From the NCBI GenBank assembly GCA_965644495.1, contig CBFFSA010000001.1, positions 3,534,001 through 3,598,000 of the forward strand: 64,000 nucleotides of DNA. The letters are read 5' to 3'. This DNA comes from Perkinsela sp. CCAP 1560/9 (taxonomy: Eukaryota; Protista; Euglenozoa: Kinetoplastea). This document shows, one piece after another, positions 11,048 through 19,919 of the stretch. A program made the position numbers and the translations under genes. The notes under the pieces were generated by a model that was given only the letters and a program-made list of their open reading frames with translations, was not told the origin of the DNA and did not search any database. The stretch's first letter is position 1; each line of letters starts with the position of its first letter.

Positions 11048-11767
11048 CCGCTGCCCCTGGCATGTTCGGGTAACCAGCTGGTTTGTCTTCAGGGAGAAAG
11101 GCTCTATCCTATCCTATCCTATTAGGCCGATTTGCGTCGGCTGAAAGTGCGACTGCTTCGTTTTTCGTGAATTTTCTCTTAGGTGAGTCTTCTTCCTTCC
11201 TTTCGCTCGAACAGGTCTCCTTTAACCCCGCAGTTCCGGTCCAAAGCCCGGAGCCACCAACTGATATGGGTTTACCTTAACGGTACCTTGTCAGTTTAGC
11301 GGAAAGGGGATGGAAGGTTTACTTTGTTCAACGCTTCATTTCTTTAAAAAAAATCTTTGATTTTCCCATTCATGTAAAGCAATACGAACCGTCTAAAACA
11401 GAAGACGCAAACAGCCTAAAATGTAGGAAAGCTAACAACGCCCTTCAAGGCCTGGAAAAGAGGGGTAGACGGAAGTGCATTCGACACTGGCTTTGTACCA
11501 GCAGGGTTAAAGGAGACCTGTTCAAGCGAAAGGAGGTAACGCATTACTACCCTTTAGGGACATTATGCACACTTCCTGTCCCACGATCGGGTCGAATGCA
11601 CTCCGTAGTGAACTACGGCTTACTTGGGCCCGCAAATTTTGTTTTAGAAGTAACTAATTTGCGTTGATAAGTACACGTTAACGACTTATGAGATCGCTGC
11701 GCTACATACCGCGTTACATACCGCTACCTGCGCACGCACATACCTACTATTTATCAGGGGCTGGGCC

Positions 11768-12377
11768 CGTATGTAGCACGATCTACCGAGGGTGGACTCG
11801 TATGTAGCACGATCCACCGAGGGTGGATTCGTATGTAGCACGATCCACCGAGGGTGGATTCGTATGTAGCACGATCCACCGAGGGTGTGTTCGTATGTAG
11901 CACGATCCACCGAGGGTGGATTCGTATGTAGCACGATCCACTGTGGGTGGATTCGTATGTAGCACGATCCACCGAGGGTGGATTCGTATGTAGCACGATC
12001 CACCGATGGTGGATTCGTACACCGAAGGTGGATTCACCATTCGGTGGGTGGATTCGTATGTAGCACGATCCACCGAGGGTGTGTTCGTATGTAGCACGAT
12101 CCACCGAGGGTGGATTCGTATGTAGCACGATCCACCGAGGGTGTGTTCGTATGTAGCACGATCCACCGAGGGTGGATTCGTATGTAGCACGATCCACCGA
12201 TGGTGGATTCGTACACCGAAGGTGGATTCACCATTCGGTGGGTGGATTCGTATGTAGCACGATCCACCGAGGGTGAATTCGTATGTAGCACGATCCACTG
12301 TGGGTGGATTCGTATGTAGCACGATCCACCGAGGGTGGACTCGTATGTAGCACGATCCACTGTGGGTGGACTCGTAT
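11768..12377. repeat. 31-bp tandem array (about 18 units), each unit with an internal hairpin
   Basis: Unit CGTATGTAGCACGATCCACCGAGGGTGGATT; ATCCACC-GAG-GGTGGAT stem. An irregular block recurs at 12001 and 12195. Confidence 0.95.
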
Positions 12378-12436
12378 ATAGTAAGCGTGCCACAATGCGC
12401 TCAGTGGGCTTATGTGGACTCCATAATCACCGTTTA

Positions 12437-12470
12437 ATTTATGTATAATATGTACATATTATACATAAAT
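12437..12470. repeat. Perfect 34-bp AT-rich palindrome
   Basis: ATTTATGTATAATATGTACATATTATACATAAAT equals its own reverse complement. Confidence 0.95.
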
Positions 12471-13414
12471 AACCCCTCCGCACCAATAAGGCACCCACCC
12501 TTAACTTTTCAGACAAATGTCGGTTTGGGCTCATTTTTGTTGCATTTTTCAGATCTCAACGCAAAGACTTTGCGCGTGAAGAAATGAGACAAAAAAAAAC
12601 GAATACGTATACTTTAGAGAGAGATTACCATTTTGTCACCATTTCTCCGTTACTCGCTACGCAAGCTTTGAGGCAAGCATCGAAGTTCAAAACCGAATCA
12701 TAAATAAAATCTTGAGACAATTTACGCCAAGCTTTACGTACGCTTTTTATGAGATCTTCTTTATTTGCAAGATTGCATTCATCTACAAGATTTTGTACCA
12801 TGCTCCACACGTTTTCTATCGGTGAGAGATCGGGGGAGTTGGGCGGCCAATTTTTCAATAATTTCATTTTGCTGTCCTCAAGGTACACTTTTGTTTCCTT
12901 CGCAATGTGAGGTGTTGCTCCATCTTGCTGAAAAATACAGTTTGGGGTGCATGGTACTTTTTTTAATGTTTTAATGTACGAAACACATGTAATTGAGTTG
13001 GATGGGAGAATAACAAGGTGTCTTTGGATTCCTTTTTTTTTACTTCAGGGCTCAGAGAGTAAATTTTCAGGCGAATTGTTTTTCAAATATTTTCGAATAT
13101 GTTTCACATTATACTCGCGGGTCATTAAACTCGCGGGCTAGTTGTCTTATCGCAACCCTTTGGCCAAACCTCATGCGCAATAACACTTTTCCACTTTCTG
13201 TAAGACCACCCCTGGGGAGTCGATATGCATTTCTTGGTATGAGAAGTGTGTTTTTCAAAAAAATACATCCAACTCTTTTTTAGTTTTCGAAATGACCTAA
13301 AGACAACGGGAACTTACAGATCTCAAAATTTTGCACGATAAAGTGGTGCGATAACCCACCTAGCCCCCCTCGTACAAAAAATAAGGGTGGGTGCCTTTTT
13401 GATGCGGAGGGGTT
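12471..13414 (-). mobile_element. Internally deleted Tc1-like transposon (~0.95 kb)
   Basis: ~33-bp TIRs: AACCCCTCCGCACCAATAAGGCACCCACCCTTA and TAAGGGTGGGTGCCTTTTTGATGCGGAGGGGTT, with TA at the ends. ORF 12625-12888(-) contains WPPNSPDLSPIENVW. Confidence 0.88.
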
Positions 13415-13602
13415 TACGTGTGTATAGATACGTACGTAGGTATTCATGTAACCATGTGTACACCAAAGATGTCCACAGGCGATTCACTGAGATTCATGTC
13501 ATAAGTGTGTGTACAGGATCTTATAAGCTCACGTTGAGATGGACACATCGTTTACCAGAACTATTATTATCTGAATTACAATCCTTGTACTAGTTTTGTA
13601 TT

Positions 13603-14691
13603 ATGGTAGACACTATTCCTGAGCTTGTCCCTGGGGTGAACAACGCCCCTTCCCCAAGGACCTCTTATATGGAGCTTTGCTCCATGAAGCGACTTGGTTT
13701 AACCGTGCAACGGGACCTCGTTGGGGTCCTTCCCGGCGCCATTCAGTTTGCCAAAGAATTCGTAAACATTGATCCCATACTGGAGCGCGCATCCGCATGC
13801 GCGGGCAACGGTGACTCAATCCGAGGTACTCAAGTGATTCGTCGTAACTTGAGTGCCTTGCAACGAGGTGACTTCTCCAGCACGGATGTAGCTCCCCAAG
13901 TACTGGTCAAACTGCGCGATGAACTGTGCGCAGAGGAATCTGCTCTGCTTCGCCCTCAGAGCACCGCTACTGTCCCCGTCGGACAGTCGGAAAAAAGCAC
14001 CCCAAAAGACATCTGCGAAGCGTTCCGATCCTTGATCGGAACCCAGGAAGACCCTCGTTGTGGCCCGCAATTGCACGCATGCTTAACACAAACGGGGTTT
14101 AGCGGCGAGCCGTGGCTAACACAAGAGGTGAAGCGTCGAGTCTGTGACGCAGTGGGGGGGGGGGTCTGGACATTGCACTACGCCAAAAGTTTGGCTAGTA
14201 TGCCGCCGGATACGCGATTCCCGAACATCGAGGAGGACGGCGTTCGTCTCGGCCTCTGGACCCTCTTGTGCAAATTAGGGTCCATTCTCTTAACTCATTG
14301 CCTTCGTCATGAGGGCGTTGGGGTGGCCGCGGAGACCCTGGAACAAATTATGATGGGAGAAGCTGCGGACAACAATAATAAGGCTATAGTGTCCCACTTG
14401 GCCACCCATGCACGTGCGGTAGCGCAACTTCAGTCGCAAAAGCGCATCTTAAATTCTACTCCAAACCGTGTTGTAGTGGCCAAAAGGGCTCCCACAAATT
14501 CCCATGTGGAGTTCAAGCCGTGGAAGTTCCCTAAGGCGCCACCGGGTGTCTGCCGTCACTGCGGCAAACGAGGTCATGTGGCTCGGTACTGCAAGGAGTC
14601 AGCCACGAAAAATCCCAGCGATGGTAAGCCCCCACCAGAAAAGCGCTCGCTTATGGGGATGCATTACGTGAGCCGTTACAAGAAGGAGTAG
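13603..14691 (+). CDS. Gag-like protein with C-terminal CCHC zinc knuckle
   Basis: Intact 362-aa ORF with CRHCGKRGHVARYC (CX2CX4HX4C), lying inside the 42-bp inverted-terminus element. Confidence 0.7.
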   Translation: MVDTIPELVPGVNNAPSPRTSYMELCSMKRLGLTVQRDLVGVLPGAIQFAKEFVNIDPILERASACAGNGDSIRGTQVIRRNLSALQRGDFSSTDVAPQVLVKLRDELCAEESALLRPQSTATVPVGQSEKSTPKDICEAFRSLIGTQEDPRCGPQLHACLTQTGFSGEPWLTQEVKRRVCDAVGGGVWTLHYAKSLASMPPDTRFPNIEEDGVRLGLWTLLCKLGSILLTHCLRHEGVGVAAETLEQIMMGEAADNNNKAIVSHLATHARAVAQLQSQKRILNSTPNRVVVAKRAPTNSHVEFKPWKFPKAPPGVCRHCGKRGHVARYCKESATKNPSDGKPPPEKRSLMGMHYVSRYKKE

Positions 14692-15587
14692 TCCTCTCTA
14701 AGAATAGATGATTATTGGCCATATAGTATCAATTGTTTATCGTGGCGTTTACATGCTTACAAGTCAGCCTGGTTTTCTTTATTTGTCTCACGGATCACCA
14801 AAAGAGCAAAAAAAAATCTCTTATCTGTTTCACTGCACGCAGTCTAGTGCCAATTTTTGTTTTCATGCCTTTTATTAGAAGATAGTCATAAATTTATCAT
14901 AGTTGATAGCTATCAAAGAAGCTAGAAGGAAAGCTATAGAAGAAGCTAGAAGGAAGTGTGCATAATGTCCCTAAAGGGTAGTAATGCGTTACTTTCGACC
15001 CACAACCTTGTTTAATTCCCTTGACCCTTTACGCTCTTCTCTCACTTCCTTAACGCATTCCGCTTCCCGGAGTGTTTTTCTGTCTTTAGATGACCCTGTT
15101 CCCGTAGATGATAAAAGCGGGGAACCCTTTTTGGTGCACATTCCTCTGCAGCAGTAGTGCATCCTTTTTTTGTAGAAGCAATGGGTAATGTGCTGTCATT
15201 TGCCGGAGTCTTTCGTTTTGGGCGAACGGAAAGACGCAAGTTGATGGATTCACGCAGCCGAGAGTCTTGAGCACTCAGCGTCTTCGTCCTCTTTGTCAAC
15301 TGGGATGAAAGAGTTTTGTCAACCAAAGCATCAGCCTTATCATTATACGCATTTCCGTTGTGGGTTTTTCCGTTGACGAAGACGAATCTTCGATCTAAAA
15401 TTCAAGAAGCTCTCAAAGGACGTTTTTGTCTCGCAGTGGCTGGCAGCGTTTGGCACTGGCTCGCAGTGGCGGTCTGCATGGGTTCCATTCGGCATGCGAG
15501 GTCAATCCCCCTCCACCTCATCATCATTAGGAGGTAAATCGCCTTCCATTAGACAGATAAAAATGTATACAGCAAATAATTGCTATT

Positions 15588-16139
15588 GAGGGAGATACTA
15601 CTCCCTCGCTATCCTATATTAATAAACTTGGCCCGAAATTTGGCCCGACAAAAACATTTCCGGAAAAAGTGTTTTTCGCAAAGAATCAAAGGTAACACCA
15701 TAAACTGATAGTTTTAAGAAAGAAAAACGTACCTTTTGGACGACTCGAGACCCCCTTCTTCGGAAGCGATTTGCAAACCCCAATTTGCCACATACATGCT
15801 TTTTTGAACTGGAAGTGTGGGATACGCAAGACCGTAGAGGAAGGAGGAGGCGCAACGCAAAAAGCAGAAGGCGGAGCCTTCTGCCTTTTTGCCGCAGCGA
15901 CGACGATTTCCTCGCGTGGGAAGCTGTAAGGAGTCCTAGGGAACATGTTTTTACTGTGTAGCCTAGGGTAAACTGGAAGAGGGAGATACCAATAGTGTAG
16001 GTGCGGCAGTTTCCCACAGGACAAACGGTATCCCCCTTATGGCATGAAGACAGGCGCCTAAAAAGGTGGAGATGCCGTTTGTCCTGTGGGAAACTGCCGC
16101 ACCTACACTACTGGTATCTCCCTCGTTCACTTTACCCTC
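15588..16139. mobile_element. GAGGGAGATAC-family element, copy 1 (lone left motif plus terminal nested hairpin ~15965-16138)
   Basis: TATT-GAGGGAGATAC at 15588. Near-perfect ~55-bp inverted arms at 15979-16034 and 16069-16124, extended by AGGGTAAA/TTTACCCT. Confidence 0.6.
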
Positions 16140-16259
16140 GGTTATTCTTAAGTGACGAATGTAAGTTATGAGACGTGAGTAGGGAAAATAACATCTGCAA
16201 AAAAGCGCATGTATTTTAGCGAAAAAAGGACAAGGTGCGCTCCCAAGCGCTCTCACCCA

Positions 16260-16271
16260 GTTTCAACCCTC
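16260..16271. mobile_element. Solitary terminus of the GAGGGTTGAAAC (Harbinger-like) family
   Basis: GTTTCAACCCTC|TAA, identical to the end at 6457-6471. Plausibly the 5' end of the minus-strand copy whose transposase is at 9686-10330. Confidence 0.55.
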
Positions 16272-16337
16272 TAAATATAGCATCTCATTTCGTCATTTTT
16301 TGACCAAAATTGATTATTTCATTCTGTAAAAAGAAAT

Positions 16338-17852
16338 ATGTGGGGAGATTTTCCATGGATACAAAAACTAATACCGACAGCGAGAAACGATTATCGCTGC
16401 CTGGAGATGAAGAAAGGCAATGAAAGAGAAGAACCGTCTTCTGCTCTCGATAATAATCCTCTATATTGTGAGCCACAAGGAAAGGCATTTTCGATGCAAA
16501 AGCGTGCAACAAAAAAACGGAAACCTAATTTTGAAACATCAAGGACAAGCAAGCCTTCAGGAAAAGTGTTAAACCATGCTCAGGAGCACAAAGTCGACGT
16601 TTTTCAAGATTTGAGAGCGACGGGCTTTGCGCTGCCGTATGATCACCCCACTCCCATTCAAGCACAATCGATTCCAGTTGCGCTGCATGGCGCAAGTATT
16701 TTAGGTGTTGCGCCCACGGGAAGCGGCAAAACACTAGCGTACGTTTTACCATTGCTTGCAAAAGCCAGAGAAGGATACTCTTCCATTGTGCTATTTCCCA
16801 CTCGTCTACTAGCACTGCAATCGCTAGATGTTTGTAAGCAGATCAGTTTCCATCAAGAAAAACAGTCGAATAATACAATGTCTTTTACAAACATTTCCAA
16901 GTCCGCTCTTCAGAAAGAAAATATATTAACTTTCTGCTGTGTCGGAAATTTAAGTGATCAACGAGACGGGGATGTATCGCTCGTCACATTTTTGGAACAA
17001 AATCTTGTTCAAGAAGGGCGCGTACTTTTTACAACGCCAGGCGCAGTGCTTTCTCGATTGAAGAGCAAGGCACCCACTCGGTTATCCCTTCGCAAGTTTC
17101 TAAATAGCGCCGTTCAGATAGTGGTTCTGGATGAGGTTGATAGATTGTTCGATATTGGAACACGGAAACGTGTATTCCACATACTCAGTCAAGTTTTGTT
17201 GTTAAATCAGGTCCTCGCTTTTTCAGCCACATGTAGCAAAGAAATAAAAGATGTCATTCAAAATAGTTTTCCTCTGGCTGTTTTCCATATCGTCACTGTT
17301 GGTCCAAATTCCGTTCCGTGCAGTAATGTAAAACAAAGCTTCACATTTGTTTCTTCGATGGTGCACAAACAGATTTTCCTACGTAACTATGTAAAATACA
17401 TCCTGGAAAATGAGGAAACTGCTCAAATTCTTGTTTTTTGTGGCTCCAAGTCAAATACACGGAATCTATATAACTTTTTAGCTCGGGAACTTCCTCAGTA
17501 CGCCTCCCAGTGTACAACTCTTTCATCTGATCTTTCTCAATGCGAACGAGAAAAACGTATGGAAGACTTACGTCAAACCAAAAAATTGCGTGTAGTGTTG
17601 GGGACTGATATGGTTGCTCGAGGACTCGATATTCCGTTAGTTGATTATATAGTAAATTTCGAATTCCCACGTAACTTGGTGGACTACGTGCACCGCGCCG
17701 GCCGTACGGGTCGGGCTGGGCAGACAGGCTATTTGCACACGTTAATACGTGATAGAGAAAAACCTTTTGTTCCTGCTCTGTGTGATATGCTTGAACGGCA
17801 AGGAATAGAAATTCCACGCGATTTACTGTTTTATCGAAATACTGGAAAATGA
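16338..17852 (+). CDS. DEAD-box RNA helicase (ROK1/DDX52-like); true start may be a downstream ATG
   Basis: Q motif PTPIQ, APTGSGKT, PTRLLA, TPG, DEVD, SAT, ARGLD, HRAGRTGR. Confidence 0.9.
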   Translation: MWGDFPWIQKLIPTARNDYRCLEMKKGNEREEPSSALDNNPLYCEPQGKAFSMQKRATKKRKPNFETSRTSKPSGKVLNHAQEHKVDVFQDLRATGFALPYDHPTPIQAQSIPVALHGASILGVAPTGSGKTLAYVLPLLAKAREGYSSIVLFPTRLLALQSLDVCKQISFHQEKQSNNTMSFTNISKSALQKENILTFCCVGNLSDQRDGDVSLVTFLEQNLVQEGRVLFTTPGAVLSRLKSKAPTRLSLRKFLNSAVQIVVLDEVDRLFDIGTRKRVFHILSQVLLLNQVLAFSATCSKEIKDVIQNSFPLAVFHIVTVGPNSVPCSNVKQSFTFVSSMVHKQIFLRNYVKYILENEETAQILVFCGSKSNTRNLYNFLARELPQYASQCTTLSSDLSQCEREKRMEDLRQTKKLRVVLGTDMVARGLDIPLVDYIVNFEFPRNLVDYVHRAGRTGRAGQTGYLHTLIRDREKPFVPALCDMLERQGIEIPRDLLFYRNTGK

Positions 17853-18132
17853 CTAATGTGACGCATTCGTTTGTTGAAACTAGATTTACCAAAGCGTCTG
17901 AACATTGTTCTCGGGTGTTTTAATTAATTTTGAACAACACAGTACAGAGGTAAAATTTTTACTTCAAAACATTTGCTTTACGATATATTTTAAAAATTAT
18001 ATCGTAATGCAATTGTTTTGCTACTAAGAAAAATCCCTCCTCAAGAAATAGATTTCACTTTCTTTACAGCTATCTTCATCACGCCTGCACGGTTTATGTT
18101 TTGAGACCCACATTTCTATTCCGCACACCCTC

Positions 18133-19497
18133 ATGGTGCTCTCTCGCAACTACAAGGGACGGATGAGTCCAATTAACCCACGAGAAGCTCTGCTTCGGCG
18201 CGTTCTCCTCCGTCGCACCCACGAGACCCCGCAGTCTTGTTCACAGAACCCACCCGGCGCCAACCCCTCCGAAGTCATGTTATGGGTGAGGTCACATGTG
18301 CGTCGCCGGGAGGACATGGCCCTTAGCGCTCTCGAGGAGAAACTTCGCCCATGGCGGGACGCGATGGAGAGCTCCACTGGAAAAGCCCTAGGCTCCCATC
18401 GCTCGCTAACCACCGAATCCGACGGCAATCTTTTTACCCTGCGGCAGTTTCCCATGTACCCCGGGGAGTATGTCCCCGCGGGACACAAACCATTAGTCTC
18501 GCTGCGGGATGAACTCACGAGCGATTTGTTAGCGCAGAATATTAAAACCGCCTGGCTTCAAGTCACCCAGGGGGAGTTTTTCGCCTCCCCCTCAGAGTAT
18601 TACCGCAGAGTAGATGGTTTGGATGAGTCGCGATTGACGGATATCGTCGGGGCTGTGTTTCCCACTCTAGATGTTCATGAGACGCGTGCGCTGGTACGTA
18701 AAGTGTTGGAGTCGCTCTCTTCGGATGAGAATACGCCCTCGCGTGCGTTGGCACGAACCGTCACAGCGGAATCATTGGGGCTTGACGATGCCCCACAACA
18801 TTACACGAATTTTCTGCAGTGGATGGGTCGTATGATGGATACCGTGGGGTTCAAAACTGAACATGCACTTTACCAATTTTGTCGTAAAAAATTCAACGCT
18901 TATGACTCCCGATTAATGTACGAAAACTATCTCATGATAGGAAAGAACTACATGAACGCTGCACGTATTGATGGGTACAGTCACTATTATCTTATTTTGC
19001 AGGATTTCATTCGTAAAATTACGGCTGGCGACACCAGGTCTCAGATTGGGGTCCGTATCGACCCTCCCGAGATGGATCCTCACACTGGATTAGCCGTCGG
19101 ATGGGGCTATCACAGTGCACTAACGGTCATTGCACTAATGCGAGAAAACAACGCGCGTACTGGGGAGATGGTTCTTCAAGGGGAGCCCGTCGGAGAGTAC
19201 TTTGATGATAAATCGTGGTGGATGGAATATTTGCTTCAACCCTTTGACGACGCTGGTGTGTGCGTGCGAGACTTTGATGTGTATTTGGCTGCGGAATTTT
19301 TCCACCCCGGTGGAGATAAGAATAGGTTATGTCGAGCCGGTCGCATTGCCATTGCCATGGCATTAACGAAGCTAATGCCGATTACTCGGATACATATTAA
19401 GAAGGCGGGTATGCTTTCGTTCAGTAAACGGCGCAGATGGCTTCCAAAGCCCGGGAAAAAGGGGCTCAACCGCACTAGGCACTTCTACAAGCGTTAA
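18133..19497 (+). CDS. MRPS9: Mitochondrial ribosomal protein uS9m with long N-terminal extension
   Basis: C-terminal S9 pattern (LLQPF...FDVY...AGRIAIAMAL...KKAGML...KPGKKGLNRTRHFYKR); Arg-rich N-terminus resembling a presequence. Confidence 0.8.
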   Translation: MVLSRNYKGRMSPINPREALLRRVLLRRTHETPQSCSQNPPGANPSEVMLWVRSHVRRREDMALSALEEKLRPWRDAMESSTGKALGSHRSLTTESDGNLFTLRQFPMYPGEYVPAGHKPLVSLRDELTSDLLAQNIKTAWLQVTQGEFFASPSEYYRRVDGLDESRLTDIVGAVFPTLDVHETRALVRKVLESLSSDENTPSRALARTVTAESLGLDDAPQHYTNFLQWMGRMMDTVGFKTEHALYQFCRKKFNAYDSRLMYENYLMIGKNYMNAARIDGYSHYYLILQDFIRKITAGDTRSQIGVRIDPPEMDPHTGLAVGWGYHSALTVIALMRENNARTGEMVLQGEPVGEYFDDKSWWMEYLLQPFDDAGVCVRDFDVYLAAEFFHPGGDKNRLCRAGRIAIAMALTKLMPITRIHIKKAGMLSFSKRRRWLPKPGKKGLNRTRHFYKR

Positions 19498-19919
19498 GTA
19501 CGCGCTATTTATGAGTCATCTACAATTTCGGGTCATCATACACTTCTGTAGACAACTACATGGCATAAAAGGTGCAATAAAATCAATGATGAAGCGGCAT
19601 AGGTATGAACTGCCTTGCAGGAGATTGTTTGCTTAAATAACTTAAGAAATATATCTTTGAAAAAATATGTTTTAGATACATATTCGTGTACATTTTTTTC
19701 GCCAGTTTCGCTTCGGGAACTCTGGGTTAAGCTTTTTTGAAGTAACGAATCCTTTGATTTTTTTCAGGAAAAGTGTCACTTGAACTCACTTAGTCATACT
19801 AACTAGTGAGTCATACTAACTCTTGAAGTATTGATTTATTTCACTATATTTTCTCATTGACTCTCATTTTTTGATGAAATGATTTGAAAAGAGTAGCAAA
19901 CTTGGAATTGGTTACGAGC

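Larger units (their letters stand above)
11536..14992 (+). mobile_element. Unclassified element with perfect 42-bp inverted termini, tandem hairpin array and Gag-like ORF
   Basis: GTAACGCATTACTACCCTTTAGGGACATTATGCACACTTCCT (11536-11577) is the exact reverse complement of 14951-14992. No TSD visible. Confidence 0.7.

Noticed and set aside
11768-12377. CRISPR array (31-bp palindromic repeats)
   Set aside because: Units are contiguous with no unique spacers, there are no cas genes, and the context is eukaryotic. The ORFs over it are repeat artefacts.
3856-16271. Fanzor/TnpB RNA-guided nuclease associated with the transposons
   Set aside because: No RuvC motifs or paired CxxC zinc finger of TnpB type seen in any ORF here.
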